A stretch of DNA of 64,000 bases from Desulfatiglandales bacterium (GTDB taxonomy: Bacteria; Desulfobacterota; DSM-4660; Desulfatiglandales; Desulfatiglandaceae): the NCBI GenBank assembly GCA_963666345.1, contig OY762721.1, positions 3,168,001-3,232,000 of the forward strand, written 5' to 3'. Below are positions 60,270 to 64,000 of the stretch, piece by piece. Numbering within the stretch: position 1 is the stretch's first letter; the number at the start of each line of letters is the position of its first letter. The position numbers were made by a program, and so were the translations under genes. The notes beneath the pieces were generated by a model, which was given only the letters and a program-made list of their open reading frames with translations, was not told the DNA's origin and ran no database searches.

Positions 60270-61510
60270 AAAACAAGTTAATCCTAAGCTTTCTGCTGTT
60301 ACTTCTGCTGGTCGTGATTGTCATATCCATAGTGAATCAGGTCGCGCATGATTTCTATATCGCCCAGGCAATTTCCATAGCTATTGCCATGGCTTCAGGG
60401 ATTGTTTTCGGAAGCATCTTTTCAAGCTCTATCGTGAACAGGTTGAAAAGCCTCAGTGACGTGGCAAAGGAGATAAGCAAAGGTGATCTTTCCAAGGAAA
60501 TAGAACTGCTGTCCCGTGATGAGGTAAGGGATCTCGAAGAGGTGTTTGCCGCAATGGTGGGTGATCTGAAGAGGGTCCTGAATGACATGAAAAGGGCGTC
60601 CATCCAGATTCAGAGCACAAACAGGATCCTTAACGAACTGTTCAAAAAGATCCTCACCAACGGCCAGATGATAGATCAGTCGGCCACGGACATCGCGAAG
60701 GGTTCGGAGGAACAGGCCATGATCGTACAAAAGACATCCCAGAAGATGGATGAAGGCCTGAGACAGATGGACGAGCTGGTAAAAAAGACGCAGGAAACGG
60801 TTTCCAAGATAGGTGAGGCACGCCACAAAAGTGAGATGGGTGAGGCAAAGGCCAGAGAAACCCTTCAGCATCTGGACGGGGTTTTGAGACAGATGACAGG
60901 CTATACGGAGCCTATATACAGGCTGTCAAACAGGGTTGAGAAGATACAGCTCGTAATAAAGGTGATGGATGAAATCGCCCAGAAAACAGACCTGCTTTCC
61001 CTCAATGCCTCTATCGAGGCCACAAGGGCGGGGGAACTGGGGAAGGGGTTTGCACTTGTTGCAAATGAGATCAGGTCCATGGCCGAGAACTCAAAGCAGT
61101 CGTCCCATGAAATAGCCGATATCGTGGAATCTATAATGGAAGAAAACAAGGCGGTCATAGACGCACTTTCAAAGAGTCAGACAGGTATCAAGAAGGGGCG
61201 TGAAATAATCGACGGAATCGTGGGTACGTTCGGGGAAACGGTTTCAGGTGTCAAGGATATATTTCAGGAAGTGAAGCAGATAGAAGAGGTCAACCGCAGG
61301 CAGCTCGATCAAATGAATTCCTTTATCGATTATTTCAAGGAGCTTTCCAGGCTGGCCCAGGGAAATTATTTGTCCACTCAGAAGACAAGTGTCGCCACCA
61401 AGAGACAGAAGGAAGATATAATCGAGATGGCAAAGACCATGAAGTCGCTCAATTTGCAGTCTGAAAAGATGATCAAGACACAGCAAGGGTTCAGGCTTGG
61501 ACAAGAATAA
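60251..61510 (+). CDS. Methyl-accepting chemotaxis protein without periplasmic sensor domain (DifA-like)
   Basis: Two adjacent TM helices, HAMP, 'LLSLNASIEATRAGE.GKGFA.VA.EIR'. Confidence 0.9.
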   Translation: MGRTSIKNKLILSFLLLLLLVVIVISIVNQVAHDFYIAQAISIAIAMASGIVFGSIFSSSIVNRLKSLSDVAKEISKGDLSKEIELLSRDEVRDLEEVFAAMVGDLKRVLNDMKRASIQIQSTNRILNELFKKILTNGQMIDQSATDIAKGSEEQAMIVQKTSQKMDEGLRQMDELVKKTQETVSKIGEARHKSEMGEAKARETLQHLDGVLRQMTGYTEPIYRLSNRVEKIQLVIKVMDEIAQKTDLLSLNASIEATRAGELGKGFALVANEIRSMAENSKQSSHEIADIVESIMEENKAVIDALSKSQTGIKKGREIIDGIVGTFGETVSGVKDIFQEVKQIEEVNRRQLDQMNSFIDYFKELSRLAQGNYLSTQKTSVATKRQKEDIIEMAKTMKSLNLQSEKMIKTQQGFRLGQE

Positions 61511-61916
61511 AAAAAAGGAGTGCTTCGTATTCAAGGCGTTCGATCAATACCTGGGGATAAGACCGCGCTATATATACAGGGTGGTGGATGAGATCAAGAT
61601 TACGCCGGTTCCCCTGGTATCGGAATGCTATCTTGGGTTGATCTATTACAGGGGGGAGTTGTTCGATGTCCTTCAGGCCGGCAGGTTAATGGGTAAGGTG
61701 GAGCTTTCTGCTGAGAACGGCCGGATAATACTTCTTAAATGGGGGGGCAAGAAGATAGGGCTGATCCCTGAAAAGATTGTCGGACTGACATGGATAAGCG
61801 GAGAGGGAGAAGGGGAAGAGAAATACGGTACGGATGAGTGTCCCCTGAGGTTTATTGAACCTGATGATATCTGGGATATGGTAAACGGGTTTTCCGATGG
61901 ATTTGACAAAATATGA
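61497..61916 (+). CDS. cheW: CheW-like coupling protein
   Basis: 'ITPVP....YLGLI.YRGE...V', 'IGL....IVG'. Confidence 0.85.
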   Translation: MDKNKKKECFVFKAFDQYLGIRPRYIYRVVDEIKITPVPLVSECYLGLIYYRGELFDVLQAGRLMGKVELSAENGRIILLKWGGKKIGLIPEKIVGLTWISGEGEGEEKYGTDECPLRFIEPDDIWDMVNGFSDGFDKI

Positions 61917-63489
61917 AAGGATCTTCACCGAAGAGGCCGGGAAATACCTGGAAGAACTTGACAGGTTTCTCATGGAGGTGGAAAAGGATCCTGACAACCT
62001 GAATCTATGGGGTGACATACATGGAAAGGTCCACTCCATAAAGGGTATGTCAAGGGCCCTGTCTCTTGATAAAATAACAGGGCTGAGTCATCTCATGGAA
62101 GACTGGTGCAAGGCCTTTCAGCAGGGAGCGGTATCCGCATCCGCCGATATGATCCAGATGCTTTTTAATGGAGTCGATATCCTGAAAGGTCTGGTTGAAA
62201 AGGGTGGAAAGATTGAGGACAACGAAAGCCTGGGTGCCTATAACGGTATCCTGAGCCAGTTTGAGAAGGACCCTGATCAGTGGACCGGAAAAACCGGACA
62301 GTTTTCCGGGCCCGTCCCGGCTGAGGCCGGCAGGATAGATCATGTAAGGGTAAAATACTCCCTGATAGAAGAGTTGCTGGGGCTGTCCCAGGAAATCCAG
62401 TTTATGGAAAAAAGGCTCCCTCCTGTATTTAAGGGGCAGATCTCCATGGGTTTTAAGAACTGGATAGATCATTATACATCCATGCTCAAGGGGCTTTATT
62501 TCAGGCTTGCCCAGTTAAGACTCATGCCTGTCGGCGATTTTGCCGACCTCTTTGTAAAACCGATCAGGGATATGGCCAGGGACTACGACAGGAACATAGT
62601 CTTTGACGTCGTAGGGGGTGACATAGAGGCCGACCTTGTAATGCTTGAAAGATTGCGTGAGCCCTTCATTCACATATTGAGAAATTCCATCGCCCACGGT
62701 ATAGAGAGTTCCGAAGAACGCATCGGCATGGGCAAAAAGGGGGAGGGCAGGATCCTTATTGAGGCAAAAAGCGAGAAAAACAGTATCGCCATAAAAATAT
62801 CGGACGACGGAAGAGGCATCAGCAGATCCGCCATTTCAAGGTATCTCAAAGAAAACAGGGGCATGAGCGGGGAGGAGATATCCGGGATGCCTGAAGAGGA
62901 ATTCCTCTGGACCATATTCAATCCTGATTTTTCCTCTGCTTCCGGTACGGATGATCTTGCGGGAAGAGGCATAGGGATGAGTGTCGTTTCCCAAACCATC
63001 AAGGCCCTGGGAGGTAAAATTTCCTTAAGATCGCAGGAGACCAGGGCGACTGAATTCCTGATGGTATTACCGGTTTCCCTGTCAATAATTTATGCTATTT
63101 CCTTCAGACTCGGGAGATATGTCCTGTCTATCCCCACCTCCAAGGTGGTTTCCATTGACAGAAAAAAATTCTCCGAGATTGTCAAGGATAAGAGCTACCT
63201 GGATATCAAAGGCATTCTTGGTGTTGAAGGTGGCAATGGTGAAGGGTCCTTGCATGTGCTTAATCTGCGTTATCAGGCTGACATAGAAGGGGAAAAGGGG
63301 ACTGTAAAACTGGCCGTTGAAAATATAATAGGAAATACGCCCCTTATGATAATGCCGCTTGGTGAAATCCTTGGCAAGATCGATGCTTACGCAGGAGTGG
63401 GCATTATGGAAAACGGAGACATATCGATGCTTCTGGATATGGACTCCATACTGGAGGGTTTTCCCTATCTTGCCTTTCCTTTGGGTTGA
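61897..63489 (+). CDS. cheA: CheA-type histidine kinase (Hpt-dimerisation-HATPase-CheW)
   Basis: HSIKG, HILRNSIAHG, DDGRG, GRGIGM, C-terminal CheW-like domain. Confidence 0.92.
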   Translation: MDLTKYERIFTEEAGKYLEELDRFLMEVEKDPDNLNLWGDIHGKVHSIKGMSRALSLDKITGLSHLMEDWCKAFQQGAVSASADMIQMLFNGVDILKGLVEKGGKIEDNESLGAYNGILSQFEKDPDQWTGKTGQFSGPVPAEAGRIDHVRVKYSLIEELLGLSQEIQFMEKRLPPVFKGQISMGFKNWIDHYTSMLKGLYFRLAQLRLMPVGDFADLFVKPIRDMARDYDRNIVFDVVGGDIEADLVMLERLREPFIHILRNSIAHGIESSEERIGMGKKGEGRILIEAKSEKNSIAIKISDDGRGISRSAISRYLKENRGMSGEEISGMPEEEFLWTIFNPDFSSASGTDDLAGRGIGMSVVSQTIKALGGKISLRSQETRATEFLMVLPVSLSIIYAISFRLGRYVLSIPTSKVVSIDRKKFSEIVKDKSYLDIKGILGVEGGNGEGSLHVLNLRYQADIEGEKGTVKLAVENIIGNTPLMIMPLGEILGKIDAYAGVGIMENGDISMLLDMDSILEGFPYLAFPLG

Positions 63490-64000
63490 TTCCGCCTTAT
63501 CTCCCAGCAGTGATGAGCCCTGCTTTTTCTGATAAAATCGGGAGGAAGGGTTTTTTTGCCGATATCTGTTATATGAAATTCTGAAAGTGCCTTTTGGTCG
63601 AGTTTGAATCTCTTGAAATTATTGGAAAATATGAGCACCCCGTCATGCTCAAGTCTCTTTGCCGCAAGACCGATAAGTTCGACATGATCCCTCTGAACAT
63701 CAAAGGTCCGTGCCCTTCTTTTTGTGTTTGAGAAGGTAGGGGGATCCAGGTAGATTATATCAAATTGTTCCCTGGTTCCGGAAAGCCACTCCATACAGTC
63801 GGCTTGAACCATCCTGTGGTTGGCTTCGCTGAAGCCGTTGAGTGAGAGATTGCAGCCTGCCCATTCCAGATACCGGGGTGAGAGGTCAACGGATGTGCTT
63901 CGTTTTGCTCCCCCCGCGGCCGCGTGCACGGTCGCGCTTCCGGTGTAGGAAAAGAGATTCAGAAACCGGATACCGTGTGAATTCGCCTGAATCATTTTTC
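63465..64000 (-). CDS. rlmL: C-terminal part of RlmKL/RlmK 23S rRNA methyltransferase (runs off the window)
   Basis: FLNLFSYTG, SVDLS..YL.W...N, DPPTFSN, FDVQRDH, FSNN. Confidence 0.88.
   Translation of the reverse strand, partial: KMIQANSHGIRFLNLFSYTGSATVHAAAGGAKRSTSVDLSPRYLEWAGCNLSLNGFSEANHRMVQADCMEWLSGTREQFDIIYLDPPTFSNTKRRARTFDVQRDHVELIGLAAKRLEHDGVLIFSNNFKRFKLDQKALSEFHITDIGKKTLPPDFIRKSRAHHCWEIRRNQPKGKAR

Noticed and set aside
1..64000. CRISPR array, rRNA, prophage or integrase genes
   Set aside because: No regularly spaced repeats, rRNA-like sequence, phage structural genes or recombinase ORFs were seen

Overview
A 64-kb chromosomal segment from an anaerobic Desulfobacterota (deltaproteobacterial)-type bacterium, inferred from gene content. 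It contains two TRAP transporter operons, a GldA/GldF/GldG/DUF4340 ABC system, a MarR-linked glycine betaine ABC importer, an acetylene-hydratase-like Mo/W oxidoreductase with an Fe-S partner, a secreted caspase-like protease, and a decaying accessory/defence region next to tRNA-Asn (hsdR and AlbA/HATPase remnants, HEAT-SWIM-SNF2, AbiE toxin-antitoxin, intact ISL3). Further right lie a selB-yqeC-xdhC-LUD operon, nfnAB, lepA-hemW, and a TPR-PilB ATPase followed by a Dif-like chemosensory set. Two findings absent from the ORF track stand out. (1) A tRNA-Asn/GIY-YIG unit: the intact tRNA is flanked by two mutated copies of itself, each with a small REP-like hairpin substituted in, and one copy supplies the C-terminus of a small GIY-YIG nuclease. 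(2) A candidate 66-aa CxxU selenoprotein at 9489-9689, with a strong RBS, an in-frame UGA, a SECIS-like hairpin and its own terminator. All calls come from reading the sequence and recalled family motifs; no database searches were run.
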